From the NCBI GenBank assembly GCA_951406725.2, contig OX597814.1:81158001-81222000 (forward strand): a stretch of DNA of 64,000 bases, given 5' to 3'. Position 1 is the first letter of the stretch; each line of letters opens with the position of its first letter. Positions 12,162 through 25,041 of the stretch are shown piece after piece. The stretch is from Octopus vulgaris (taxonomy: Eukaryota). Made by a program: the position numbers and the translations under genes. Under the pieces are notes generated by a model that worked only from the letters and a program-made list of their open reading frames with translations, had not been told where the DNA came from and did no database searches.

Positions 12162-12999
12162 TTTGTAATATATTTTTGTATGAATAAATAGGCCTTAATG
12201 GCGAATAAACTAAACAGGGCAGTGGATTTTCAGAATCATTAAAGTATCAGATAAAATCCCTACAGCATTTATTCTGATTCATTATGTTATGTTCAATTCC
12301 TGTTGAGGTCAATTTTGCTGTTCATCTTTCCAGAGTCGATAAAACAAAGTACCAGTTAAATACTAGGGTTGATAGCATCCACTGACCCCTTTCCCTCAAA
12401 ACTGCTGGTCTTGTGCCAAAATAATCATTATCACTGTCGTTATTATAGTCTAGAGTGAGAAGCATTTTGTACCTTCTACATAAAATTTTTTTCTACTCCT
12501 CATGTGTGTTCTTGCTTTCACTATTATTAGCCATCATTTAGTCATCATCACTATTACTATTCCTACTGGTACAATCACCATTATCACATTCATTACTACT
12601 GCTGACTCTGTCAAGTCAATGAATGCCAGAACTTTATATTTGCTAGTAGCAATTCCTCGTAATAATATTTGTCAATTCTCTCCTGGCCTATCTTTAAATG
12701 CAATTAGGCCTTATCAGGTAAGAAACAGATTTTTCATTTTACTCTGCCAATAAAAAGGAAAAAAATCACTGCAAATCGGAGACATCATCTATTTCAGCCA
12801 CTTGATATAATTAAAATAATCATTATCTCAATTTAAGGTAAACTACTTATGTGAATTTTATAGGCAACTTGTAAACAACCTCCAAACTCATGGCACACTT
12901 CTAGCTTGGGTCTTCTCAAATGTTTGTTCTTTACAAATAATTCAATGGCTGAACTAAAAATTAAGATGATCTCTATTTTCCATCTAATTGTAATAACTT

Positions 13000-13424
13000 T
13001 TAACCCTTTTGTTACTATATTTCTATTGAATGTTCTGTCTTTGTTTTAATTAATTTTGAAAATAATGAAGAATTTAATAAAAATAATCTGGCAGAATCAT
13101 TAGCACACTGGACACAATTCTTAGCAACATTTCTTCAAGCTTTATGTTCTGAGTTCAAATGCCACCAAGTTAACTTTGCCTTTCACCTTTTCAGAGTCAA
13201 CAAGATAAATATCACTTGGTCACCAGGGGGCAATGTAATTGACTTACCCTCTCCCCTAAGAAGATTGTTGACCTTGTGTCAAAATTTGAGATTATTGAAA
13301 TAGTGTTTAGAACATAAATTAACATAAAAGTTTGATGGAGACTTTTGATTTAGATCACTTTAAAACAGGAAATTTACATAGAGCCACAGGCAGTGTCATG
13401 CTGGGTTGGTATCAAAAAGATTAA
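13000..13424. mobile_element. piggyBac-like MITE (same family as 24394, inverted) with a nested SINE B
   Basis: TTAACCCTTT start and TTGGTATCAAAAAGATTAA end, with internal similarity to the reverse complement of 24394-24609. Related or similar elements at ~16320-16652 and ~34718-34890. Confidence 0.62.
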
Positions 13425-14816
13425 AAACTCACCACTACCACCATCACCAACAACAACAACAAAACTTTTAAATAGATGAGCCAATGAGAACGCCTCTGCA
13501 TATTCACTCGACATCTGAGAAATAGCAAATTATATTTAAACCATCTTAAGAATTAGATAATGCCGTAGTAAATTCACAATACCTGGGAAAAAGGAAAGAT
13601 AAGATGGTTTTAGGACATTTTTTAATCATAGGTAAACTCTGTCAGAACTGACCTGGGGCTATCCAACAACTACAACTTCTAGCTGATTGTTTCCAGATCA
13701 CAAGAATCTGTAAGGCAACCCCTTAACTCTGTAATTGATAGTGGGAGTCTGAATTATTTCTGGTAGATTTTCCCCACAGGAGGAATTAAAATCCATACTG
13801 CTAGTAAATGGGAGCAAGTTGAAATCAGCCATTGGCAGTCAAATATATTGACAGTGGAAATGATGTTATTATAGTGTCAGGATATAAACTAAGGAACTCT
13901 TAACCGACACTCCACTACCTTGTTGAACCTTCCATCTATGAGTTCCATCAATATTTAATATTTGGATGATTAAAAAAACTTCAAGACTGCAATTTAAATT
14001 AAACTATATCAGCTTTTTAAAAAAAAAAATTATACCATTTTTTTTAGTCAGGAGGGAAGGAAGTACCCATGATGCTAACACAGTTTTCAGAGGTCTCTGA
14101 GAATGGTGGGAGACAGAAAGGAAGGTATCCTCAACTGGAGACTTAGCTTGGATGCTTACAGCAGAATAGACTCCACTAAAGATCAACCATTATGCCAGGT
14201 TGTGGGGTTAAACTGGGCTACAGATTAAATTTGTTACTCAAGTAGGCCATGGCAGGATTTGAACTCAGAACATAAAGAATCAGAACAAAAACTATAAAGA
14301 TTATTTGGTCCAACATTCTCACAGTTCTGCCAATCAACCACACTGAATTGGTACACAGTTTTTATTACCCTAAGAGGATGAAAGGCACAGTTAATCTCAG
14401 CAGAGTTTGAAATCAGAGCAATGTGAGGTAGGGACAAATGCCAGGAAACATTCTTAGAAAGTGTTGTACTTTGCTTAATTCTAAGAATTAGTGTTTTCTA
14501 TATAATAAATTTCTCAGTACTGTTAGAAACTAAAGATTTTGATGAAATGTTGTAAGTCTAGTATAAAAGTTCTTGAAATATAACTATTATATGATTTTAG
14601 ATGACATTTGTTGATACAATCATAATGATTTACTGTACAGTGTGAACATTTTTTTAACTGTCGATTTTTACCTGTTGCCATGTTCTTTTACCTGCAAAGA
14701 CAGGTGGACTAAAGTGAATTTGATTATGCATGTTTTTACATATGTTTACAAGATATCAATTCCAGGGCATTGATTCCTTAATTAAATCTTTAATATCTAA
14801 ATAATTTTAAATAAAT

Positions 14817-15270
14817 AGGCACAGGCATGGCTGTGTGTTAAGAAGCTTGCTTCCTAATCACATGCTTCCAGGTTCAGTCCCACTGTGTGGCACCTTTAGG
14901 AAAGTGTCTTCTATTATAACCAAAGCTTTGTGAGTGGATTTGGTAGACAAAAACTGAAAGAAGCCTATCATATATGTAAATATATATATGTGTGTGTGTG
15001 TGTGTGTGCGTGTGTGTGTGTGTGTGTGTGCGTGTGTGTGTGTGTGTGTGTGTGCATGTGTCCTTTTGTCTGTGTTTCTGTCCCCCACCACTGCTTATTT
15101 ATGTCCCCATGACTTAGTGGTTCAGCAAAAGAGAGCAATAGAATAAGTACCAGGCTCAAAAGCAAAAAATAAGTACTGAGGTTGATTCATTTGACTAAAA
15201 AATTCTTCAAAGCAATGCCCCAGCATGGCAGCAGTCTAATGACCAAAACAAGTAAAAGACAAAAGATAAA
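14817..15270 (+). mobile_element. SINE family A, full-length copy
   Basis: GGCACAGGCATGGCTGTG head, internal (TG)n, type-1 tail ending ACAAGTAAAAGAC. Confidence 0.85.
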
Positions 15271-15623
15271 TTATTAATAAACATTATGATATTGTAACTC
15301 TCAGCCATTAAACTTTAAAATATAAAAAAGTCAGTGATGAAATGCAAAACTTAGTAAATGATAAAAAGGTAAATATGAAAATGATGAAATGAAAACATGA
15401 TAAAATGCAAAAAAAAATAAAACATTGTGCAAACAGGAAGTATTTTGATAGGAACTTCATTCTAAAATTAGGTTAAACTTTGTTTCTCATAAAGAAGGGT
15501 GCTCAGTTTTAATTAACCCTAAACAACAACACTATTTGAACTGTAGTTTCAAGTTTCTCAGTATTTGCAACAGATCTAAATATCTGCAGTATAGGAGAAA
15601 ATAATTAAAGCATTGCAGAATAT

Positions 15624-15826
15624 GTAGAAAAATCTGTGTACTGTAGAAGGTGATAGATACAGATAAAATATTAAATATCAAAACAAGCAGAAACAAATTT
15701 ATTGAAATGATACCTTATAAATATTTAATTATTTCTAAGGTATCATTTCAGTATTTTTCTTATTGTTATTTTATATATTTATCTATCTGCATTGCTATCA
15801 CCTTCTATAACACAATGATTTTCTAC
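15624..15826. repeat. ~200-bp imperfect palindrome
   Basis: TAGAAGGTGATAG...TGAAATGATACCTTA pairs with TAAGGTATCATTTCA...CTATCACCTTCTA around a short AT loop at ~15724-15729. Confidence 0.8.
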
Positions 15827-16108
15827 TAGCTATATGGTTTATATACCTCAGCTCTAAATCAGGTTTCTTATACCTAAGTTCAAGTTTAAGTTCTAACCTT
15901 CAACTCATCAACTTCTAGCTTTGAATTGATAGGATTTATGCTTTTCAAAGATAAAGTGTGAATATATAAATGTATTTGTGCATATTATTGTGATGATTCT
16001 CTTTAATTAGATTCTGCCTCTAAGAATGAAATTCATTCTAAAGGAAACATTTGTTGAAGCCTAATATTTTGTCATGTCTGTATTATCTTTATTATACGTC
16101 TTTCAATA

Positions 16109-16146
16109 ATTCTAATTTTTTTCATTTCTTTTATTTACAGGTGAGT
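16109..16146 (+). promoter_or_regulatory. Candidate recursive splice site: 3' splice site immediately followed by a 5' splice site (zero-length exon)
   Basis: TTCTAAT branch-point-like motif, then an AG-free polypyrimidine tract TTTTTTTCATTTCTTTTATTT, then ACAG (AG at 16139-16140), directly followed by the consensus donor GTGAGT (16141-16146). No repeat recognised in the immediate flanks. Confidence 0.55.
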
Positions 16147-17949
16147 ACATCTCTATAAAAGAATGGTTCTATCTTAGCATTTTTACTTCAGGAAAATCTG
16201 TGTAGTGTATTCCAATTGGTAAAGTATTAGAAATAAATCATTTCAACTTTGTACTCTTTCACTCATTTTTAGATAAATATAAAACACAATGTAACAACTT
16301 TGCTTGAGAAGCGAAGATGTTTAACCCAGTCCCTTTCATGATTGTATTTATAATGAAACATCCTACCTGTGTCTTACCAGTTATTAATTATCTGTTTCAC
16401 TTCTCTTTATTTTTCAAAATAGTTGATGTTTGTATATATGTACCCTTAATATATTTTTTGCTAAATTCAAAACTGAAAATGAGATTTTTGAGAGTATTTT
16501 CTTTTCATTAAAGTTAATGTCTGAAACTTGCAAAATGTTATTGCATAAAATTATGATAGATGGTTTCAATTTAAATATAAGCACATCTAAACAGGTGGTT
16601 TTGTATCATAGACAGAAAGGTGGACTCAAGCAGTTTGGTATCAAAGGATTTAAGAATTTCTTCTGAATAGACCGGAATGTTGTGACACCATCAGACCAAC
16701 TACTAGTTGGTCATGTCAGCTAATAATTATAAGGAATCTCATTGTCCATAGCTACTTCATTGAGTACAATTACATGAAGAAGAATATTGGCAGATTGCAG
16801 ACCTTGTTTCAAATTCAGGACTTAAAGAGCTTGACAGACATTGACAGACAAGTACACTCACACATACAAACATAAAGATATCATGATAGAAAACGTTATT
16901 CACTAATAAAGTATTCGAGTGATGATTGAGTGATCCGTGATTCAATCAAGTGTGTCTGAGTTTGATCTGTGTTTTTAATTTTAAATGTTGGGACAGAAAT
17001 TTTTTTGTAAAATCATACATTATAGTCATTAAGGCATGTATGGTCATGTGGCTAAAAAGTTTGCTTTGCAATCATGTGATACTGTGTTTGACCCCACAGC
17101 ACAGCACACTGAACTAGTGTCTTCTACCATAGACAGTAACTTGTAAGTAGGATTTAGTAGATGGAAAGTATGGAATTCCATTTAATATGTATAAGATGTA
17201 TAAATATGTGTGTGTGTCTGTGGCAAGAAACTTCCAGTTCTATAAAAGTAGTCAATAGTATATACATGTATTGTATCTGCCAGCATATAAGACATGACTC
17301 TACAAAGATCCATCCCTAACTTTACAAAGATATCTTGTAGAAGAAAAAAAAGAAAATTAATGTGTTTCATCATATTTAGTGAAGCTGACTTTTTTTAATG
17401 ATCTTTTTTTCTTTTTGGATGTAAATGTAATAAATACAGAAATCAAGGGCAGAATCACATATTGTAACATTATACTGACCTTGGAAGGAAAATAAATTAA
17501 ATTTAGTATAGATGAAAAGAAGTACTATACATTGGTATCAATGAATAGTGTTACATGCAGACAAAGCAAATATATCAGCAAAAAAAAATCATACAAAGCA
17601 AACAACAAAGTTCAATAAGAGAGAATGAATTCCTATACATTATAGTACATGCAAACAAAGCAAGCAAATATTTTATTAATATTAACACACAGCAAGCGAC
17701 AGGAAAAAAATTGATTACATTTTAATAGAAACTGATATTTAAGTGAAAAGCATAGGCTACACAGCAAGCAGCAAAGTACACTATATGTAAAAGAAAAGAA
17801 GTTAAACATCATAAAGGTTTATTTAATCATCTGCAAAAACTTAACAAATCATCATCTTCAGAAGTAGGTAAACTGGCAACCTTGAATATTGAACTTTCTT
17901 TTCTTACTGCTGGCATTTGTGTTAGTCTTAGTATTATTGGAATTCTCTG

Positions 17950-19270
17950 TACTACCAAAAACTTTCTTTAAATACTTAATCTTCCTGAGTACCATAAAGA
18001 GCATTACTAATGCCACATTTTTAAAAATGATTTAACATCTGCCTCATTCTTTTGCAACTATTATTATACACTTCCATAAGCTGGCAGAATTGTTAGCATG
18101 CTGGGTAAAATGTTAAGCAGCATTTCATCCATCTTTAGGTTCCAAGTTCAAATTCTACCAAGGTCAACTTTGCCTTTCGTCCTTTTGGGGTCAGTAAAAT
18201 AAGTGCCAGTTGAGCACTGGGGTCAATGTACAAAATTACATACCCTGTGCCAAAATTTAAAATAATCATACCCTTGGATAATAATAGGCCTCTTCCTTCT
18301 CCTTGTTATGTGACTTCAAAATCTGAAGCATGCATTGACTTGTTCCTCTCTTTCATTGTAAATCTTTTAAATGGTTTATTTTAAATAAGGTATTTAAAGG
18401 TAGCAAATGACTATTTAGACCTGGTATTACAACTGCATGTTCAATTGTCCAAGTTCTATTCAATGATCTTGAAACAAATTCCAAACTATTAAGGCAGCTT
18501 TCTTTAATAATCCACCAAAACATCTGGACCATACTTCATCTGCAACTTAATTCCTCCTTCATCTGTCTAACCTTTAAGAGGAGCATCAACATAAACACTA
18601 TTGGCTAGGCATTAAAGTCTTTCTTTTTGATATAAGAAAATGTCAAAGTTTTTTGCCATCATACTAAAATAACTATCATGTCTCTTCTCATAGTCACATG
18701 TTTTAAGTCACCGATTTAACACCTTTGAATTCTAGCATTTTGTTAGATGGGTTTTCAAATGTCAGGGACATTTCATCCATATTGTTGCAGTTCAAAATTT
18801 TCTATTTTTCACATTTGCATGAGACTGCACAGAGATTGAATAATCATTTTGGTGGATACTAAAATGTCCAAAATTTTTGGCTCTGTTCCCCAAGTGTTTA
18901 TTTTTGACAATTCCCTTACACAGATAATGTTTACTACATTGAAAAGCTTTCAGCTGATGGTGTTTTCTTGAACTCCTTACCATTTTACCTGCAGTTCACT
19001 GGGGCATAACAAGAAGAAAGTGAGAGTCCTATCTCCCTCAGGCAAAGATGTGAAAGGGCACAAAATTTCTTTTTGGTTTGTTTAGCATGCCTGTTAGTCA
19101 GGTTTGGCTGCTAAAAGTGTTTTTGCCCCTGGGGCCTGAGAGCCTTTGCCATGCCACTGATTGGTGGTGGACCAAAATACTACACAGCTATCCTTTAGTC
19201 AGTCTCATGCATAGGTATCAAGCTTAAATTTAACGTTATAACCATGCCTTCATTAAGTTTGAACCATAGG
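17950..19270 (-). pseudogene. Decayed pogo/Tigger (POGK-like, DDE_1) transposase
   Basis: Manual minus-strand translation across frameshifts: RHGYNVKFKL (~19250), NMDEMSLTFENPSNKMLEFKGVKSV (NMDE at 18783-18772), KG*TDEGGIK, VWSRCFGGLLKKAALIVWNLFQDH, AVVIPGLNSHLLPL, NKPFK (18380-18366), KCGISNALYGTQED (~18000). These follow the pogo motifs NMDE, WD.F.AH, IPGG.T..LQPLD...NKPFK and KKCGISNALDG in order. A SINE interrupts it at ~18078-18265. Confidence 0.85.
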
Positions 19271-19631
19271 ATTGAACTCTGTAAGAAATTTACTGTAAAC
19301 CGAAAACTGTAAGCAGAATCCTATAACCCAAGTCTAGTTTTAGTGAGCTCAGCTTTGTGAGCAAGTGTTGTTTCCTTATATTTTGATCAAGAGAATAACT
19401 AACAAGATGTGAAACTCATACTTTTAGCTGTGAAGCTTTATGTTGCTGCCATCTACGACTAGGGTGGGGCACCAATGCTACTGTTTTTCGTCCACTATTT
19501 GCAGTGTTACTGACTGATGGCTAATGTTGTCAACATTCTTTTAGTCTTTCTAGTAATATTTTTTGTTTAGCTATAGATAAAAAAAAAATGGTTCTTAAAA
19601 GTAACACCATCATTAACTGATGTCACATATA

Positions 19632-20521
19632 CACTGAACTGCAAAAGAAACACAAGACGTGTGTGACTGTGAAATATGTTTTAATTTCCTTATGTCAGAG
19701 ATAAATTTTGATAAATCTCATAAAGTCAATTCCTTGGGTGTATTTTGACCACAGTCTACGGGTCATTGTCATGTGTTCTGGTGGTGGGTGGATCCAGCAC
19801 ATCGAGATTGTAGGGCGTGACATGTTCAATACCATGTATGTCCTCCCTGGGTGTTCAAAACAGCCATACACCATTGGTACATGGAGTGCATGAGGCAGTT
19901 TGCAAAAGCCACTGGCACCTGTGCCCACACAAGTTGTCGGTCTTAGGACCACCTGGTTCAGCTGTCTCTGGATTTCATCCCACAGGTGTTCAATTGGGTT
20001 CAAATCCAGGCTGAAAGCCAGCCATGCATGGTTTTGGTGTTGTGCTGACACAGGAAGCCCATGGTGACCCTTGTCATGTGGGAGGGAGGATTATCCTGCT
20101 GGAACGCATGGCTGTGGTGACACATGAAGAAGGGCACAATGTGAGGTCTTGGGATCTGGTCAACATAGCATTGTGCTGTGATGCCATTCCCTCTGCCTGC
20201 ACCACTATTTTGGAACACATGGGACCCATTTCTCTAATTTAGGTCTATAGCGCCCAAAACCATGATGCTTTGGCCACCCCACATGTTTCTCTCCATGACA
20301 CATGCATCTCTAGCGCTCACCCCTTCTACACCACACCCTCACTCTGCCATCCGAAGTGGAAACGCTGTACCAGGAAAGTTGAAAGGTTACCTGCAATTTG
20401 GGTCTCGGCCATAAACAAGGATGTCTTGGAATATTTACACTTACATCACCGGAATAAATTTTCAGAATTTACCATATAAAAATGACATTTGAAAAAACCA
20501 TGTTTCTTTTGCAGTTCAGTG
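19632..20521 (-). mobile_element. Internally deleted Tc1-family DNA transposon
   Basis: Perfect 21-bp TIRs CACTGAACTGCAAAAGAAACA (19632-19652 and 20501-20521), flanked by TA at 19630-31 and 20522-23. Transposase remnants: DGRVRVWCRRGER, GGQSIMVLGAI, FQQDNPPSH and SLDLNPIEHLWDEI. Confidence 0.93.
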
Positions 20522-22906
20522 TATATTTTATGTAGGTTATGCATGCTGGGGAAGGAGATGTAGTGAGATACTGTGAACCTCCCTCTGCCATTACCTTTCA
20601 ATGTACCATAAGCTATTATGTAGACCTGCAACAAATTTACTGTAATTTCATGCTAATAAATTTTTACAAAGCAGTCCTTGAGTGCAACATGCCACTTTCA
20701 CTTGTCAAACTGCATCCAGTATCAGTTTGTTTGGCAACAGTAGAAAAATTTTTGTTTTTTAAGATGTCATAATGCAGCTAGTTTGTTTGTCATTGGGGAT
20801 GGAGATGATTCAACACAACATGACACACAGCAACACACTTTTTTCTTCCTCCTTTACACTTCTTTCTTCTCTCTGTCTAAATTTCTAAAACAAAAAAATC
20901 CAAAGCTCAAAACACCAAAGACACTTTGGATTTCTTTAAGTTTTGTTGAGCATAAAAACTAACACTTTTCTTTCACTTGTCTTCTGCGTTGCTATTTTCA
21001 TTGATTGATTTATTCAATCATTTGTTCATTCATCATACATTTGTGCATATGTATATAGATACTTACATACATACATACAGACAGACAAGCCAGCTGGACC
21101 AAAGTATGGCTGAACTTGGGTTCCTGAGGAGAGAATGCAACTCCTTAATTCATACACTACAAATATGTGGAGCAATAAATGTCTGAAGGACCTTCTTAAG
21201 ATTTAAAGGATGATGAACAAAACGTCTTTCACAACCTTGCTACCAAGCAGGTAACCAGTCAACATTATCCGTAAATTAAAAAGAAGCAGAATACATATGT
21301 ATGTGACTCATGGTCTGAGTTAGGACACAAGATACTAATCTAATTTGGAGTTAAGCACACTGCAGCTCTTCAGTGTCTTCATTTTAAATATAAGGATCTA
21401 ATACTTGGAAATTCTACTGTGTAAAACCCAAAATGCAACACATCACAACAGCAATGAGCACGTATAGGAAGGGCAGCACCATCACACACCCCCAAATTCA
21501 CTAAATATCATGGAAGAACAAAATCAGTCGTAGAGACCAAGCATGTAAATATAAGACAGCAACTTTTATTAACATATATATATATATCCTTAAAAATGTT
21601 TTAGCCCGAAGGCCGCAGCCATGCTGGGGCACCACCGCTGAAAAGTATCATGTGCATATATATATACATATATATAACGGGAAGGTTTACGAAAATAAAC
21701 AAAAGACGAAGGCAGGTTTATATATACATATATACATACATTCATATATATATATATACATACATATGTATATATATATATATATAAATAGATGAGTGTA
21801 TTTTTACCTTGTTAACAATTAACACGGAAAGTAAAAATATTTGATTACACCTACGTTAACTCCATTTTTTTATTCATATATATATATATATATATGATAC
21901 ACTATGAGTTTTTGTATATATACTTTTGTTTTTGTGAGTAATATTTCAGTGCTTGAAGCTGATGAATTTGTTCCACTTTACAAGATTTACTTTATAAATC
22001 ATTTAACACTTGTTGGAGTCATTCTGTTTAGTTTTTGTTTTTGTCTCAATGCATAATGGAACAGTTCTAAATTAACTGACAGCATTTTTATTTTCTTACT
22101 GCAACAACATCTCTCAGCTCAGTTGCTGTTTGTCTTTTGCATTTGAAAGTTCATTCTTAATGCTTGACTAGTGTTTTGTTGTTTATATATTTTGGCTGTT
22201 TGCTGTACAAACAAGGTCTCCACTTCTTGCTGGATTTGTTTTGTCAATTTTTTTTTTTTAAAGTTCATTCTGCAATCCTCATTGTCTCATAATGTTTCAA
22301 TCTTCATAAATTCAGATGATTTGTTGCACAGCATCACAGTTGCAAGAAATTTCGATGTTACTTTAGCATGTGGTCTACTGCAGTATCTGTGGTCATCACT
22401 CTAAAATAATCTAATCTGGGTTTGGGTTAGGGTTAGGAGCAGATTGAAAAATTCAGGAAGTCAAGATGTGTTTGTGCCTCTTCATGTCTAGACAAGAAAT
22501 ATTGTTCTTCTTGAACTTCTACAGTGAATCATCTGTATAGCATTTTGGGAGTGATAAATATAATTTTCTTATTTTCCTGATATTTTGGCATTTTTATTTA
22601 CTTTCCCATCTTCTAACTGTCAACTTTCATTGGTAACTTCTTTAACAATAACTCCATCATTATTGACGGCTTGGGTACTCGAGTGATAAATAAAATAAAG
22701 AATCAACATGAGATACAAATAGATTTACTGTTGAATGGTTGTGTGTTTGTTACGTAAGCTTTTAAAATATTATATAGCTAACACTTAATTAACAATAACT
22801 AGTTTAGGCAATAAATATTGCATCATTATGTAGATGTGTATTTCTTTGTGTATATGAATGTGTGATTAGATAGCTGTACATGTATATGAGTGTGTGTTTG
22901 TGTGTG

Positions 22907-22961
<55 letters not shown>

Positions 22962-23017
22962 ATGTATGAGTGTGTACGTGTATATATATCAGCATGTATG
23001 AGTGTGTGTGTATGTGC

Positions 23018-23053
<36 letters not shown>

Positions 23054-23528
23054 GTATAAAACAATATTTCTTTCATGCATTAGAAAGCAATTTATGTATG
23101 GAATGGGTCAAAACATTATTGGATTTATGGATTACAAGCCTTTTGAGAACTTCAAAGAAGAGAGCCTGGCCCAGCTGTGACACTCTGAGCTTAATATCGA
23201 TGTGGTAGAGAACAACAGAAACACTACATCTATGTTGTTTGTTAATCCTCTGGCGTGTATAATTTATGCTGCTAATATGTGTGTAGCTATGTAAATATAT
23301 ATAGGCAAATGTTTGTGTATATGTGTATGCATGTATCTTTGTAAACATTACGTATAAACATTCACATACACATGTGCCACCTACATATTTCTATACAATT
23401 ATACATACGTGCATGCTTAGTTACATATGTATGTTAGTTTGTGTGCCTCTGTGTGTGTGTATGCTAGTTTGTGTATATGTGTATATTAACCATTTCATAT
23501 TGTTCAAATTTATATTTTATTCAGAATG

Positions 23529-23581
<53 letters not shown>

Positions 23582-24258
23582 CCTCACATACACAAATATA
23601 TATACTTATATAAAAATATGCAAAACTTTTATTAGATCCAATATATAATATATAGCAATTATTATTGTTGTCATCCAAATTGTTTCTTTGTGAGAAACCA
23701 GTTATTCTCTTAGGAAGAAGAGTACTTATAAATATAAAAGATTGAAGGCATGAAGGCATACATGCATAAACACACACATACATTATGAAGCATACACAAT
23801 TCCGTTGTGACATGTATACCCATGAGGGTGAATTTATTTACATGCACACAACACACACACATATGCATATAACAACTGATTCATGTAACTACAAGCCACA
23901 TGAGCAGCCTTAACTAAAGCAAAAGAGCCCTGCCACTTTGTTAGTGACCAGACTTGAATCTACGAAGGTAAAAACTTCAAATAAATCTCAAAGAAATATC
24001 TGCCTTCTGGATACGAATGTGATTAGAAAAATACAAGAGGACATTTATGGATTAGGTGTTTGCAAATCAAGTAACCAAGATACTCTTTCAGCTTCATACC
24101 AGTGTTGGTGTGTTTATGTCCCTTGTAACTTAGCAGTTCAGTAAAAGAGACCAATAGAATAAGTACCAAGTTTGAAAAAGAATAAGTACTGGGGTCAATA
24201 CATTAGACTAAAAAATAAAATTCCTCAAAGTGGTGCCCAACATAGCCACAGTCTAATG

Positions 24259-24804
24259 CAGGCCTGGCCAACTTGAATTGCATTGCGGTTAATCATAGAA
24301 AGTTTTTTGAGAGCCTCTTATATACTTTATGCAGTAATAGTCAAATAATCAAATTATTGAATCAAGAATTTTTCATACTTTTTGTTTATTTAACCCTTTC
24401 GTTGCCAACCTGGCTGAAACTGGCTTTGGCTCTGTAGTACAAATATCTTGGTTTCGTAAGTTTTGAATTAAAGTCTTCCACCAAACCTTAGTCACAATTA
24501 ATGTTCCTAACACTAGCTTAATGATAACTAAGTTATTTTACTAAATTCTTTGTTATATCTAAAATAATTGAGAGAAACACAGAGCATCTCAAAATAAATA
24601 ACGTAAAGGTTAAAATTATAAAATTGTAGGCTATTGCTTTATTGCCACTTATAGAATTTTAAATTTATTTTGAACCAAATGCTTTACACAAACAATTTTA
24701 TTATGAAATTAAATACAATAAAGAGGTCACTCATTTCACGAAAGTATCAAGCGAGCTGCAAGATAAAAGTCTGTGGCCCGCAGGCCTCAGGTTGGCCAGC
24801 CCTG
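24259..24804. mobile_element. hAT (Charlie-like) MITE with an 8-bp TSD, inserted in a SINE tail
   Basis: TIRs CAGGCCTGGCCAAC and GTTGGCCAGCCCTG (13/14 match). TSD GTCTAATG at 24251-24258 and 24805-24812. The SINE family A tail resumes after it. Confidence 0.88.
24394..24609. mobile_element. piggyBac-like MITE nested in the hAT MITE
   Basis: TTAA flanks at 24390-24393 and 24610-24613, with ends CCCTTTCGTT and AACGTAAAGG. Confidence 0.75.
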
Positions 24805-24885
24805 GTCTAATGACTGAAACAAGATAAAAGATACATATGTGAATGTGTGTATGTGTGTGCATGAAGTGAAATAGTCTAACATAGG

Positions 24886-25041
<156 letters not shown>

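Noticed and set aside
22418-22437. Telomeric TTAGGG repeats
   Set aside because: Only two to three units; too short to call an interstitial telomere.
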